DNA of 64,000 nucleotides, from contig OY762911.1 in NCBI GenBank assembly GCA_963666565.1, positions 4,640,001 through 4,704,000 on the forward strand. The letters run 5' to 3'. A program made the position numbers and the translations under genes. The DNA comes from Thermoanaerobaculia bacterium (lineage in GTDB: Bacteria > Acidobacteriota > Thermoanaerobaculia > Multivoradales > Multivoraceae). Positions within the stretch are counted from its first letter, which is position 1. Every line of letters starts with the position of its first letter. Shown piece by piece: positions 42,042 through 52,800 of this stretch. Below the pieces are notes generated by a model. The model was not told the origin of the DNA. It ran no database searches and was given only the letters and a program-made list of their open reading frames with translations.

Positions 42042-42767
42042 TTACGCGCCAAGGCGCGACAGCAGGGCCACAACCGCATGCTCCACCCGCAGCGGCCGCG
42101 GACCGAGGCTTACCGCCCGCGCGCCAGCCGCCGCGAATCGACCGACTTCCTCGTCCAGGAAGCCCCCTTCGGGGCCGACCAGCAGCGCGGTCGGACCCTC
42201 GATGCCGAGCGGGCACGGCTCGGCGCCGGCGGCATCGGCGACCAAGACCTGCACGGGGTCCCGAACCAGGCCGGGCATCGAATCGGCCAGATCCCGCGGC
42301 CCTCTCAGGCACTCGATCTCCGGCAGCGCCGTGTCCCGCGCCTGGGCCAGACCCAGCATCAGGTGACGGCGGAGCGACTCCGGCCGCATCACGGAACTCT
42401 GCCAGTAGCTCTTCTCCACCCGCGCCGTTTGGACCAGCAGGATCCGCTTGACGCCCATTGCCGCCGCGGCCTGCAGGATGCGGCCCGTGAACTTGGGCCG
42501 CGGCAGCGCCAGCACGAGAGTCACCGGCAACGGCGCCGGCGGCCGGCGGTCGAGCGGCCCGAGTTCCAGCACGACCCGCTCCCGGCTCAGTTCGACGATC
42601 CGTCCGCGGCCGATGCCGCCGCCGAGCCGGCCAACTTCCAGCGTGTCGCCGACGGCCGCCCGCAGCACCTTGCGCACATGCCGGAGGCGCTCCCCGGCCA
42701 CGACCGCGCGCAGGTCGTCGCCGGCCGCCGCATCGAGGTCGCCATCCTCCAACAGAAGCAGGTTCAT
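42042..42767 (-). CDS. rsmE: 16S rRNA m3U1498 methyltransferase
   Basis: HVRKVLR, LALPRPK, VGPEGGF and SLGPRPLRVEHA. Confidence 0.92.
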   Translation of the reverse strand: MNLLLLEDGDLDAAAGDDLRAVVAGERLRHVRKVLRAAVGDTLEVGRLGGGIGRGRIVELSRERVVLELGPLDRRPPAPLPVTLVLALPRPKFTGRILQAAAAMGVKRILLVQTARVEKSYWQSSVMRPESLRRHLMLGLAQARDTALPEIECLRGPRDLADSMPGLVRDPVQVLVADAAGAEPCPLGIEGPTALLVGPEGGFLDEEVGRFAAAGARAVSLGPRPLRVEHAVVALLSRLGA

Positions 42768-42842
42768 GCTGCTACAGTCACGCGCTCAACCACGCACAGG
42801 ATTGCGCTTCAGAGACCACTCGCAGAGGAGGACGGAACCGGA

Positions 42843-43334
42843 ATGGCAGCAAAGAAGTTCCCGATCGAGGCCGGCCACATCATGATGTTCGCCCGCGCGG
42901 TCGGCGACCCGAACCCCATCTATCACGACGCCGAGGCGGCGGCGGACACGGAACCCGGCAAGACCATCGCGCCGCCCACCTTCTACCAGGCCTCGGCCCA
43001 GTTCGACCCGAACTACTTCCTGCGCCCCAAGATCGGCGAACCGTGGTTCGGCTCCGGCAAGGAGCCGACCGGCGTACCGCCCGAACGGACCGGCGGCGAC
43101 GGCGGCACCGGGCTCCACGCCGAACAGCGTTTCGAGTACTTCCGGCACGTGAGCCCGGGCGAGACCCTGACGCTGAAGACCCGGCCCGGAAAGAGCTGGG
43201 AACGGCAGGGCAAGCGCGGCGGCAAGCTCACGTTCAGCGAGAACATCACCGAGTACTACGACGAATCCGGCGAACTCGTCGTGCGCGCCACCGGCGTCGG
43301 CGTGCGCACCGAGAAGGTCGTCGAGAGCGACTGA
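42843..43334 (+). CDS. MaoC/FAS1-like hot-dog dehydratase, N-terminal-type subunit
   Basis: FARAVGDPNPIY, APPTF and LHAEQRFEY. Confidence 0.85.
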   Translation: MAAKKFPIEAGHIMMFARAVGDPNPIYHDAEAAADTEPGKTIAPPTFYQASAQFDPNYFLRPKIGEPWFGSGKEPTGVPPERTGGDGGTGLHAEQRFEYFRHVSPGETLTLKTRPGKSWERQGKRGGKLTFSENITEYYDESGELVVRATGVGVRTEKVVESD

Positions 43335-43345
43335 GGGAGAAGAAG

Positions 43346-43768
43346 ATGGCACTTCAGGCAAGCAAGGTCCAGGTCGGCGACACCTACACCCAGAAGCTCA
43401 CCGACGACCTCTCCCGCACCCAGATCGTCCAGTACGCGGGCGCCTCGGGCGATTACAACCCGCTCCACTCCGACGAGATCTTCACCACCAAGGTAGCGAA
43501 GTACCCGACCGTCTTCGCCCACGGCATGCTGACGATGGGCATGACCGGCCGGATGGTGACCGACTTCGTCGGCGACGGCCGGCTGACCGCCTACGGCGTC
43601 CGTTTCACGCGCCAGGTGTGGCCGGGCGACGCGCTCACCGCCACGGCGAAGGTCGACGCGGTGCGCGAGGAGGACGGCCAGGGCCTGGTCGACCTGTCGG
43701 TGACGACGGTGAACCAGGACGGGGACGTCGTCGTGATGGGCAAGGCGACGGCGAAGATCGACCCGTAG
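43346..43768 (+). CDS. MaoC-family dehydratase
   Basis: Hydratase motif YAGASGDYNPLH and AHGML. Confidence 0.9.
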   Translation: MALQASKVQVGDTYTQKLTDDLSRTQIVQYAGASGDYNPLHSDEIFTTKVAKYPTVFAHGMLTMGMTGRMVTDFVGDGRLTAYGVRFTRQVWPGDALTATAKVDAVREEDGQGLVDLSVTTVNQDGDVVVMGKATAKIDP

Positions 43769-43772
43769 CCTC

Positions 43773-43813
43773 TTGGCGAGGCTTCGCCCCCGAGTTATAC
43801 CGTGGTATAACTC
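43773..43813 (+). promoter_or_regulatory. Promoter and palindromic operator of the pemIK-like TA operon
   Basis: Perfect inverted repeat GAGTTATACC-GT-GGTATAACTC (43792-43813); TTGGCG-17 nt-TATACC. Confidence 0.75.
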
Positions 43814-43819
43814 AGGGCC

Positions 43820-44077
43820 ATGCACACCACCACCCTGCGAAAGGTCGGCGGCTCGATCATGCTCGCCGTGCCCCCGGTGCTCCTCGACCTGCTGACGCTC
43901 GGCGCCGGCGCCAAGGTGGACATCGGCGTCGAGGGCGACCGTCTGATCGTTGCGCCCAGAACCCGTCCAAGCTACTCGCTCGACGAACTGCTGGCGATGT
44001 GCGACGAAGCCGCGCCGGCGGACGACGAAGATCGTGCGTGGCTTGACGGCCCGGCTGTCGGCAACGAGTTGCTGTAA
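43820..44077 (+). CDS. pemI: PemI/MazE (AbrB-fold) antitoxin
   Basis: MHTTTLRKVGGSIMLAVPP and YSLDELLAMCD. Confidence 0.92.
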   Translation: MHTTTLRKVGGSIMLAVPPVLLDLLTLGAGAKVDIGVEGDRLIVAPRTRPSYSLDELLAMCDEAAPADDEDRAWLDGPAVGNELL

Positions 44078-44409
44078 TGCGCCGCGGCGAGATCTGGCTC
44101 GTCAGCCTCGATCCCGCCACCGGCCATGAACAACGGGGAACACGGCCGATTCTGATCGCGTCCCCCGCGCGTTTCAACGAACTGACCCGGACGCCGGTCG
44201 TACTTCCGATCACTACCGGCGGCCGCTTCGCGCGCAGACGCGGTTTCGCGGTCTCGCTTGACGACGCGGGTACCCGAACGGTCGGCGTGATCCGGTGCGA
44301 CCAGCCGCGCACTATGGACCTTGCCGCACGGAACGCCAAACGTCTGGAATCCGTTCCCGAGGAGATCGTGCACGACGTGCTGGCGCGCTTGGCCACGATC
44401 CTGACCTAG
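44077..44409 (+). CDS. pemK: PemK/MazF endoribonuclease toxin
   Basis: RGEIWLVSLDPATGHEQRGTRP, PITTGG and CDQPR; TAATG coupling to the antitoxin. Confidence 0.93.
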   Translation: MRRGEIWLVSLDPATGHEQRGTRPILIASPARFNELTRTPVVLPITTGGRFARRRGFAVSLDDAGTRTVGVIRCDQPRTMDLAARNAKRLESVPEEIVHDVLARLATILT

Positions 44410-44445
44410 GTTGCACGGAACTGCCCGCCGAGCGGCCCGGGCCTT

Positions 44446-44642
44446 CCGCTGGGTTCGCGGTCTTCTGACCCGCCCGCGGGCGGCGCCGCAGAGCGGCGCA
44501 GCCCGAACGAAAGCGCCGCCGGCCAAAAGCCGGCGACCCCACTCCAAGCGAGACGCCAGCCCGAGAGGTGCCGGCCTCCGGCCGGCGCGTCTCTTCGGCC
44601 GCCTCCGGCGACAGCGGGTCGGAAGACCCGCGCACCCAGCGG
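44446..44642. repeat. Inverted REP doublet (BIME/REPIN-like)
   Basis: A degenerate plus-strand copy at ~44451 and a full minus-strand copy at ~44597-44640. Confidence 0.8.
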
Positions 44643-44699
44643 GCGACCCCGTTCCCTGCGCGACAGCGCAGCGGAGACCCCCTGTACCTGCTTCGTGGC

Positions 44700-45794
44700 T
44701 CAGGGATTGACGCCGTCCACGGCGATTTGGCGCAACGCATGGTCGCAAAGCACCAGCGCGATCATCGCCTCGCCCATCGGCACGAAGCGCGGCAGCAGGC
44801 AGGGGTCGTGCCGGCCCTTGGTGGCGATCGTCGTCGGCTCGCCGGCCCGCGTCACCGTGTCCTGGGGCTGCGGCAGGCTGCTGGTCGGCTTGACCGCGCA
44901 GCGCAGGACGATCGGCTGACCCGACGAGATGCCGCCCAGCATGCCGCCATGCCGGTTGCTCCGGGTGGCGACGCGACCGCTCCGCATCTCGAACGGATCG
45001 TTGTTCTCGCTGCCGCGCGCACGCGCGACGCCGAAGCCGGCGCCGTACTCGACGCCCAGCACCGCCGGCAGGCTGAAGAGCGCCTTGCCGAGGTCCGCCT
45101 TCAGCTTGTCGAACACCGGCTCGCCCCAGCCAGGCGGCACGCCCGTGGCCACGAGTTCCGAGACGCCGCCAACGGAATCGCGCTCCGAGCGCATCCGCTC
45201 GATCAGTTCCGCCATGCGCGCCGCGGCCTCCTGGTCCGGGCAGCGCACCGGGTTCGACTCGACCTGGTCGAGGGTGACCGCGGCCGGATCGTCGATCCGG
45301 CCGTCGATGTCGCCGATGCTCTTCACGTAGCCGACGATCCCGACCCCCCAGCGCTCCCGGAGCAGCTTCTTCGCCACCGCCGCCGCGGCCACACGCACCG
45401 AGGTCTCGCGCGCACTCGAGCGGCCGCCGCCCCGGTAATCGCGGAAGCCGTACTTCGCGTCGAAGGTGTAGTCGGCGTGGCCGGGCCGATACTTGTCCCT
45501 GATCTCGCTGTAGTCGCGCGGCCGCTGGTCCCGGTTCTCGATCAGGAAGCCGATCGGGGTCCCCGTCGTCGTGCCCTCGAAGATGCCGGACAGGATGCGG
45601 CAGCGGTCCGGTTCGTTCCGCTGCGTCGTCAGTCTCGACTGTCCCGGCCGGCGCCGGTCGAGGTCCGGCTGCAGGTCGGCCTCGGACAGCTCGAGCCCCG
45701 GCGGCACCCCGTCCAGGATGCCGACGTAGCCCGGCCCGTGGCTCTCGCCCGCGGTGGTCAGCCGCAGCGCGGTTCCGAACGTGTTCCCGGCCAT
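44700..45794 (-). CDS. aroC: Chorismate synthase
   Basis: GESHG, RPGHAD, RSSARET, KPTSS and GRHDPC. Confidence 0.97.
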   Translation of the reverse strand: MAGNTFGTALRLTTAGESHGPGYVGILDGVPPGLELSEADLQPDLDRRRPGQSRLTTQRNEPDRCRILSGIFEGTTTGTPIGFLIENRDQRPRDYSEIRDKYRPGHADYTFDAKYGFRDYRGGGRSSARETSVRVAAAAVAKKLLRERWGVGIVGYVKSIGDIDGRIDDPAAVTLDQVESNPVRCPDQEAAARMAELIERMRSERDSVGGVSELVATGVPPGWGEPVFDKLKADLGKALFSLPAVLGVEYGAGFGVARARGSENNDPFEMRSGRVATRSNRHGGMLGGISSGQPIVLRCAVKPTSSLPQPQDTVTRAGEPTTIATKGRHDPCLLPRFVPMGEAMIALVLCDHALRQIAVDGVNP

Positions 45795-45850
45795 GACACG
45801 GGCACTCTGCCATATGCCCGCAAACCGCGAACGGGCGTAGACTCCGGTCG

Positions 45851-46756
45851 ATGCAGATTTCGACTTCGGCCGCTTCGTTCGACTCGCCGCCCATCGACGC
45901 GGTCGGCGTCGAGGAGCGGGTGGCCCGGCTCTGCTCGCGCTCGATCAAGAAGGCCGCGAAGCTCCAGGCGCTTCATCTCACGCTGTCGATGATCGACCTG
46001 ACGACGCTGGAGGGCGCCGACTCCGAGGGCAAGGTGCGGCAGCTCTGCGCCAAGGCGCTACAGCTTCACGCGGCGTTGCCCGATCTGCCGCATGTGGCCG
46101 CCGTCTGCGTCTATCCGGCTCTGGTCGGGGTCGCCCGGCGGGCGCTTGCCGGCAGCGGCATCAACGTCGCTTCCGTCGCGACCAGCTTCCCCGCCGGCCA
46201 GGCGCCGCTGGAGATCAAGCTGCTGGAAGTGCGAAAGGCGGTCGAAGCAGGCGCCGACGAGGTCGACATGGTTATCTCGCGCGGCCGGTTCCTGGCCGGC
46301 GACTTCGCCTACACGGCGGACGAGATCGCCTCGGTCAAGGAGGCCTGTGGCGACGCCCACCTCAAGGTGATCCTCGAGACCGGCGAGCTCGGCACCCTCG
46401 ACGCTGTGCGCCGCGCCTCGGACTTGGCCATGCGCTCCGGCGCCGATTTCATCAAGACCTCGACGGGCAAGATCAAGCCGGCCGCAACGATGCCTGTGGT
46501 GCTCGTCATGCTGGAGGCGATCCGCGACCACTACCGCCGCACCGGCGAGAAGATCGGCATGAAGCCGGCGGGCGGCATCTCGACCGCAAAGGACGCGATC
46601 CGGCACCTGGTCATGGTGCGCGAAACGCTCGGTCAGGACTGGCTCGACCCGGACCTGTACCGTTTCGGGGCGAGTTCGCTCGCGAACGATGTCCTGCGCC
46701 AGATCGTCAAGCAGCGAAGCGGCGTTTACCAGTCGTTCGACGACTTCTCGATGTGA
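45851..46756 (+). CDS. deoC: Deoxyribose-phosphate aldolase
   Basis: [40 protein letters not shown] and RFGASSL. Confidence 0.95.
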   Translation: MQISTSAASFDSPPIDAVGVEERVARLCSRSIKKAAKLQALHLTLSMIDLTTLEGADSEGKVRQLCAKALQLHAALPDLPHVAAVCVYPALVGVARRALAGSGINVASVATSFPAGQAPLEIKLLEVRKAVEAGADEVDMVISRGRFLAGDFAYTADEIASVKEACGDAHLKVILETGELGTLDAVRRASDLAMRSGADFIKTSTGKIKPAATMPVVLVMLEAIRDHYRRTGEKIGMKPAGGISTAKDAIRHLVMVRETLGQDWLDPDLYRFGASSLANDVLRQIVKQRSGVYQSFDDFSM

Positions 46757-46775
46757 GCATGTGGCGGCCAGAACC

Positions 46776-48293
46776 ATGACGGACTCCACCCCATCGACCG
46801 CACTCACGGCGCCGAAGCTCCGTCTCGGCCTCCGCGGCGACGGCGACGACGGCTGGGGCTACGCACCGGCGCCCGAGTCGACCGACCACGTCGAACTCCG
46901 CGACCGCTACGGCCTGTTCATCGACGGCGAGTTCGTGGACGCCGACGACGGCCGGACCTTCGAGACGGCGAACCCGGCCACGGAGGAGAAGATCGCCGAC
47001 GTCGCCCTGGCCGGCGACGCCGACGTCGACCGCGCCGTGGCGGCCGCCCGCCGCGCCTACGAGGAGGTCTGGTCGAAGCTGGCGCCCAGGGAGCGCGGCA
47101 AGTACGTCTACCGGATCGCTCGCGTGCTCCAGGAACGAAGCCGTGAACTCGCGATCACCGAGTCGCTCGACGGCGGCAAGCCCATCCGCGAGTCGCGGGA
47201 CGTCGACATCCCGCTGGCGGCCGCGCACTTCTTCTACTACGCCGGCTGGGCAGACAAGCTGGACTACGCCTTTCCCGGCCGCGGCGCCCGGTCGCTCGGC
47301 GTCGCCGGCCAGGTCATCCCGTGGAACTTCCCGCTGCTGATGGCGGCCTGGAAGATCGCGCCGGCCATCGCGGCCGGCAACACGGTGGTGCTCAAGCCGG
47401 CCGAGACGACGCCGCTCACCGCGCTCAAGCTGGCCGAGATCGTCCGCGAGGCCGGCGTGCCGCCGGGAGTCGTCAACATCGTCGCCGGCGCCGGCGAAAC
47501 GGGCGCCTCCGTCGTCCAGCACGACGGCGTCGACAAGGTCGCCTTCACCGGCTCCACCGAGGTCGGCAAGCTGATCCGGCGCGCGCTCGCCGGTAGCGGC
47601 AAGCACTACACGCTCGAGCTCGGAGGCAAGGCGGCCAACCTGGTGTTCGAGGACGCCGCCGTCGACCAGGCGGTCGAGGGGATCGTCAACGGCATCTTCT
47701 TCAACCAGGGCCACGTCTGCTGCGCCGGCTCGCGCCTGCTGGTGCAGGAATCCGTCGCCGACGAGGTGATCTCGAAGCTCCAGGACCGGATGGAGACCCT
47801 GATCGTCGGCGATCCGCTCGACAAGAACACGGACATCGGCGCGATCAACTCCCGCGCCCAGCTCGACAAAATCGAGGAGTACCTCACGATCGGCGAGGAG
47901 GAGGGGGCCGTGCCGTTCCAGACCTCGTGCCCGGTGCCCGAGCGCGGTTACTGGTGCCGGCCCACCCTGTTCCTGGGCGCCGCCCAGTCGCATCGCGTGG
48001 TCCAGGAGGAGATCTTCGGCCCGGTGCTCGCGGTGCAGACGTTCCGCACGGTGGACGAGGGCATCGCGATGGCGAACAACACGCCCTACGGCCTCTCGGG
48101 CGGCGTCTGGAGCGACAAGGGCGCGAAGGCGTTCCGGGTCACCAGCCGGATCCGCGCCGGCGTGCTGTGGGCGAACACCTACAACAAGTTCGACCCGACC
48201 GCGCCGTTCGGCGGCTACAAGGAGAGCGGCATCGGCCGCGAGGGCGGGCTCGCCGGGCTCCACGCCTACCTGCAGCCGGAGGCAGCGGCATGA
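46776..48293 (+). CDS. Aldehyde dehydrogenase
   Basis: PWNFP, FTGSTEVG, LELGGK, GHVCCAG and EEIFGP. Confidence 0.95.
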   Translation: MTDSTPSTALTAPKLRLGLRGDGDDGWGYAPAPESTDHVELRDRYGLFIDGEFVDADDGRTFETANPATEEKIADVALAGDADVDRAVAAARRAYEEVWSKLAPRERGKYVYRIARVLQERSRELAITESLDGGKPIRESRDVDIPLAAAHFFYYAGWADKLDYAFPGRGARSLGVAGQVIPWNFPLLMAAWKIAPAIAAGNTVVLKPAETTPLTALKLAEIVREAGVPPGVVNIVAGAGETGASVVQHDGVDKVAFTGSTEVGKLIRRALAGSGKHYTLELGGKAANLVFEDAAVDQAVEGIVNGIFFNQGHVCCAGSRLLVQESVADEVISKLQDRMETLIVGDPLDKNTDIGAINSRAQLDKIEEYLTIGEEEGAVPFQTSCPVPERGYWCRPTLFLGAAQSHRVVQEEIFGPVLAVQTFRTVDEGIAMANNTPYGLSGGVWSDKGAKAFRVTSRIRAGVLWANTYNKFDPTAPFGGYKESGIGREGGLAGLHAYLQPEAAA

Positions 48294-49168
48294 GCGAGCG
48301 ACGATCTGCGGCCGCCACCGACCGCCTGCCGGTGCTCAAGACCCACAAGGTCTACGTCGGCGGCAAGTTCCCGCGCTCCGAGTCCGGCCGCTTCGACCGC
48401 GCGCTGGCCCCGGACGGCACGCCGATCGCGAACATCTGCCGCTGCTCGCGCAAGGACGTGCGGGACGCCGTCACCGCGGCCCGCGCCGCGCAGGCCGGAT
48501 GGGCCGCCCGCACCGCCTACAACCGCGGCCAGATCCTCTACCGGATCGCCGAGATGCTGGAGGGCCGGAGCGGCCAGTTCGAGGCCCTGCTCGCTGCCGG
48601 CGGCACGACCCCGGATGAGGCCGCCGCCGAGGTCCAGGCCGCCGTCGACCGGCTCCTCCACTACGCCGGCTGGACCGACAAGTTCCAGCAGGTCTTCTCC
48701 GCCGTCAACCCGGTCGCCACGTCGCACTTCAACTTCTCGATCCTGGAGCCGATGGGCGTCGTCGGCGTGCTCGCCCCCGAGTCGCCGCTGCTCGGCCTCG
48801 TTTCCTCGATCGCCCCCGCGATCGCCGGCGGCAACACGACCGTGGTTCTGGTCTCCGGGAGCCAACCGCTTCCAGCCACCACGTTCGGCGAGGTCCTGAA
48901 CTCCTCCGACGTCCCCGGCGGCGTCGTCAACATCCTCACCGGTCGCCGGGACGAGATGCTCGCGCCGCTCGCCGCGCACCGCGACGTCGACGCCCTGGTC
49001 CTCTGCTCGCCCGACCCGAACGTCGCCAGGTCCGCCGAGGTCGAAGCGGTCCACAACCTCAAACGCGTCGCGGTCCGGCCCCACGAGGACTGGACCGACG
49101 TCCAGAGTCCCTACGAGATCACCGACCTGCAGGAAGTGAAGACGACATGGCATCCGATCGGGAGTTGA
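48290..49168 (+). CDS. Truncated aldehyde-dehydrogenase-like protein (nucleotide-binding domain only)
   Basis: ALDH-like N-terminal half, PGGVVNILTG and EVKTTW; lacks ELGGK and the catalytic Cys domain. Confidence 0.85.
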   Translation: MSERRSAAATDRLPVLKTHKVYVGGKFPRSESGRFDRALAPDGTPIANICRCSRKDVRDAVTAARAAQAGWAARTAYNRGQILYRIAEMLEGRSGQFEALLAAGGTTPDEAAAEVQAAVDRLLHYAGWTDKFQQVFSAVNPVATSHFNFSILEPMGVVGVLAPESPLLGLVSSIAPAIAGGNTTVVLVSGSQPLPATTFGEVLNSSDVPGGVVNILTGRRDEMLAPLAAHRDVDALVLCSPDPNVARSAEVEAVHNLKRVAVRPHEDWTDVQSPYEITDLQEVKTTWHPIGS

Positions 49169-49629
49169 CACGCGACACGGTCGAGGGAGCGTCCGGGCAG
49201 CCCCCCACACCACCCGAGACCGGCGAGATGGAGCTCCCGCTCCACGCGCGCAACCGCGCCGCCGAGATCGTCCGGTCGCCGGACAAGCTCCGGGCGATGG
49301 TCGCTGAAGCCAGGGAGAAGGCCGACTCCGCCGGCGGCGCCACGAGTCCGCTCAGCGGTGTGATCGAAGACCTGAAGACGATGTTTGACCTGCTCCGCGC
49401 GGTCGCACGCGGCAACTACCGGCTCCGAAAGGAGACCCTGATCCTCATCGCCGGCGCCGTCCTCTACTTCGTCATCCCCATTGACGTCATCCCCGACTTC
49501 ATCCCGGTCGCCGGCTTCATCGACGACGCCGCGGTCATCGCCTGGGTGGTCAAGACCTGCAAGACCGAGATCGATCTGTTTCGGGCAATCACCGCAGGCA
49601 CCGACACGCCCGAACCGCACGTTGCCTAG
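49147..49629 (+). CDS. YkvA/DUF1232 family membrane protein (start may be 49228)
   Basis: LYFVIPIDVIPDFIPVAGFIDD. Confidence 0.9.
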   Translation: MASDRELTRDTVEGASGQPPTPPETGEMELPLHARNRAAEIVRSPDKLRAMVAEAREKADSAGGATSPLSGVIEDLKTMFDLLRAVARGNYRLRKETLILIAGAVLYFVIPIDVIPDFIPVAGFIDDAAVIAWVVKTCKTEIDLFRAITAGTDTPEPHVA

Positions 49630-49833
49630 TCCGGCGTCCAAGCCCACAGGACGTCATCGGGATCGCCTCCTCTCACCGTCGGCTCAGCAGGCCCAGGAGG
49701 TACGCGAAGCCGGCCTCCCCGAAGCGAGTTCGTCGCCGAACGCTCGCGTATCGCGACCTACTTCGTCGCATGGAACCGCTACGGTCCTTGGCTGAGTTGG
49801 GTCGATGCTGACGAGCGAGGACGAGGCCACGCC

Positions 49834-52800
49834 ATGAGATCACCAGGACGACAGGAAGGCGACCGGCTCATCGAGGCGCAGGCCCAGCGGCAGGTGCAGA
49901 CATTCTTCGACGAACTGAAGAACGGCACCCGGAACTACCGGACGGTCGCCAGCCTGAGCGGGCAAATCACCCAAGAGTACCGGGGACGCTGCGTGCTGGA
50001 GCTCCTGCAGAACGCACACGACGCGCTCGCCGGCGCCGGACCGGACGATCCACGCCTCATCTCGTTCGTGCTCGTTGCCGAACCCGAACCCGAACTCCTG
50101 GTTGCGAACAGCGGCCGGCCCTTCCGCCGGAAGGACTTCGAGGGGATCTGTCAACTCGGCCAAAGTCCGAAGGACCCGAACGAGAGCGTGGGAAACAAGG
50201 GGCTCGGCTTCCAGAGCGTTCTCGAAGTGTCTACGCGGCCCGAAGTCTGGTCGACTGCCGCCGCAGAAGACTCCCTGGAGTTCGCGTTCGGTTTCGACCC
50301 TGCCGGAATGCGGCGTCTCGTCGAGCAGGCGGCCGCCGAGATCGAGCGTGGGTCATCGACTCCGCAAGCCAGCACCGGCCGCCGAATCATCAACTGGTCG
50401 CAAGAACAGTTGCTCGACTACCAGAGACATGACCGGTCCGGCGGAGCGGTCGACGCTACTCGCGAAGCCCGGAGGTACCTGTCCCCATACTCGATCCCGC
50501 TGCCGATCGCGGAGACGCCTCCAGAGGTCGCCGAGCTTCTAGGCGCGGGTCACGTGACGGTCATCCGACTGCGGATCGACGGTGGCAGAACCCGCGCGGT
50601 GGACGAGGCCATCGAGGACCCCGACCAGCCTGCAGGCGCAACTGCTGATCAGCGACTCGCAGTGAACGAGGCGATTGATGCGATCAAGGACCAGCTCGAC
50701 GAACTGGACGCCCGCTCGACCGTCTTCCTGCAGGACCTCGAGAAACTGACCATCGACATCGACGGAGAGCGCCGTGTTCTCGAGCGAATCGTCGATTCGA
50801 CCGCAGAGGTGCCGGCCTCGCGACCTGCGCGCGAGCAAGTGCTGCTGGTTGGGGGGCCAGCCCAAACCGCCCTGGCCGACACCACCCGGGAGTTCCGCGT
50901 ATGGACGCGCGGCCTGGGAGGCGATGGCGACCTCGCGGAAGCGCGACGAATCCGGGATGCCGTCAAGCACCTGCCGAACCGTTGGCCGGAGGTTCGGCAG
51001 GTCGAGGTCGGCGTAGCGGTCGAGGACACGGAATCGCCGGAACCGGGCGCGTTCGTCATCTTCCTGCCCACGGAAGTCGGAACCGGCGCCGGAGCGCTCG
51101 TCAACGCCCCGTTCTACGGTTCGCTCGACCGCCGCCAGATCAACTTCGAGGACGAGTACAACTCGCTGCTACTCGAGTACGTCATGGACTTGGCGCTCGA
51201 CGTGGCCACCGAACTCGCGGCGGGACCGACCGAAGTGTGGCGCGCACGGGCGGTCATCGACCTGCTTGCTTCCGCGGGCCCGACGCCCGCGGACGGTCGA
51301 CCGGCCCCCATGGACCGAGTCCGTCAGCGGGCGGACGACACACAACGGGATCTCGACAAGGCGGCCCTGCTCCTCTGCGACGCCGGTTGGCGAAGGGCCG
51401 AAACCGCGAGGTTCATGCCCGACGTTCCCGGCGATGGCCCCCTAGGCGCGGACCCATGGCGCGAAAGCGCCGCCTTCGACGTCGTCTCTTCCGGGCTCGA
51501 CGGTCGCCGCAAGGACGTCGAAGCGCTTCTCGACTGTTTCGGCGGATCGTCGAAGCCGGCGCCAGCCGAGTGGGTGAACACGGTCGAGCGTCTCGCGGAT
51601 CGGATTCACCGCGGCGGGATCGACGTTCCCTGGGACGCGTTTCTGACCAGTTTGGGAACGGTCCTGCCGCAAGAGATCCGCTCCGAACCCAGGACCGGCA
51701 CCGCCGACCCGCTCTCCAATGCAGAGTTCCTACCCACCCAGGACGGCCGTGTGCTCTCCGCCTCCGGCGGCGTCCAGATCTTCTTTCGGCCCCGTAGAGG
51801 ATTCGACGACGCAGCGGAGTTCGTCGATCGAGTTCCCGACGCGCTCGCGGATCGCATCGCGTTCCTTCACGATGGCGTGAGGACCCATGAAGGGCCGCAA
51901 CGGCGGAACACCGAAGTCCAGGGGTTCCTAAGCGGACGGAACGGACGCTTCGTCCAGAGCTTCCGGCGAGAAGACCTCCTCCGGGAGGTGATCCTCCCGG
52001 CACTCCCCGAGTTGCCCGCGGAACATGGGACACCGGAGGCCGACCGCTGCTCCGAGATCCTCGGATGGACGCTCCTGCTGCTCGGCGGCGAAGAGCTGGA
52101 AGCGGTCGACGACCTCCTGAGACGTCTGCCTGTTGCCTGCCACGGCGGTTGGCTGGCGGCGGGCAAGGCAGCCTTCGGTCCGGGTTGGCCAAGCCGGCAT
52201 GGCGAGTGCCTCCAGACACTGGCAGACGGCTTGCCCGAAGGTGGACGCCGCGTGCTCGACCTCGCGCTCCTGCCGCCGCGGGACCCGCGGTGGAGACTCG
52301 ACTCGGCGGCTCCGAACGAACTGCTCGAGAGAGCCGGGGTCATCGACGGACTCCCCCTGGAAACCGCGGAACCACTTCTCTTCGCGATGTCCGCGAAGTA
52401 CCGGGAGTTGCCGCGGAACGCGCCTCGGGGCATTCCCCAGGACGCGTGGGACGACTGGCTCGACGCCGTGGATGCGGAACTGAAGCCGGAGATCAAGAGT
52501 CGGACCGCCTACCGGCTCGCCGATGTCCATCTGGCGTCCGAGATCCACTCCCTGCCGAATCTCGACGCGCCGGCGGGAGAAGCCCTTTCCGACCTGATCC
52601 TCTCGTCCCTAGGGAAGTGGGACGGTGCGTGGGAATCGGCCATGGTCACGAGACCGCGCTATCCGAACTTCCCCACCGGCATCACCTCTCCTCTCAAGCA
52701 CTGGCTGACAACTCTCCCGTGGCTCCATGACAACCAGATCAAGCCGCGCCCGCTGTGCCGGCGATGGTTCGTGCCGGAGTCGCTCCTCCGGGGTCAAGGG

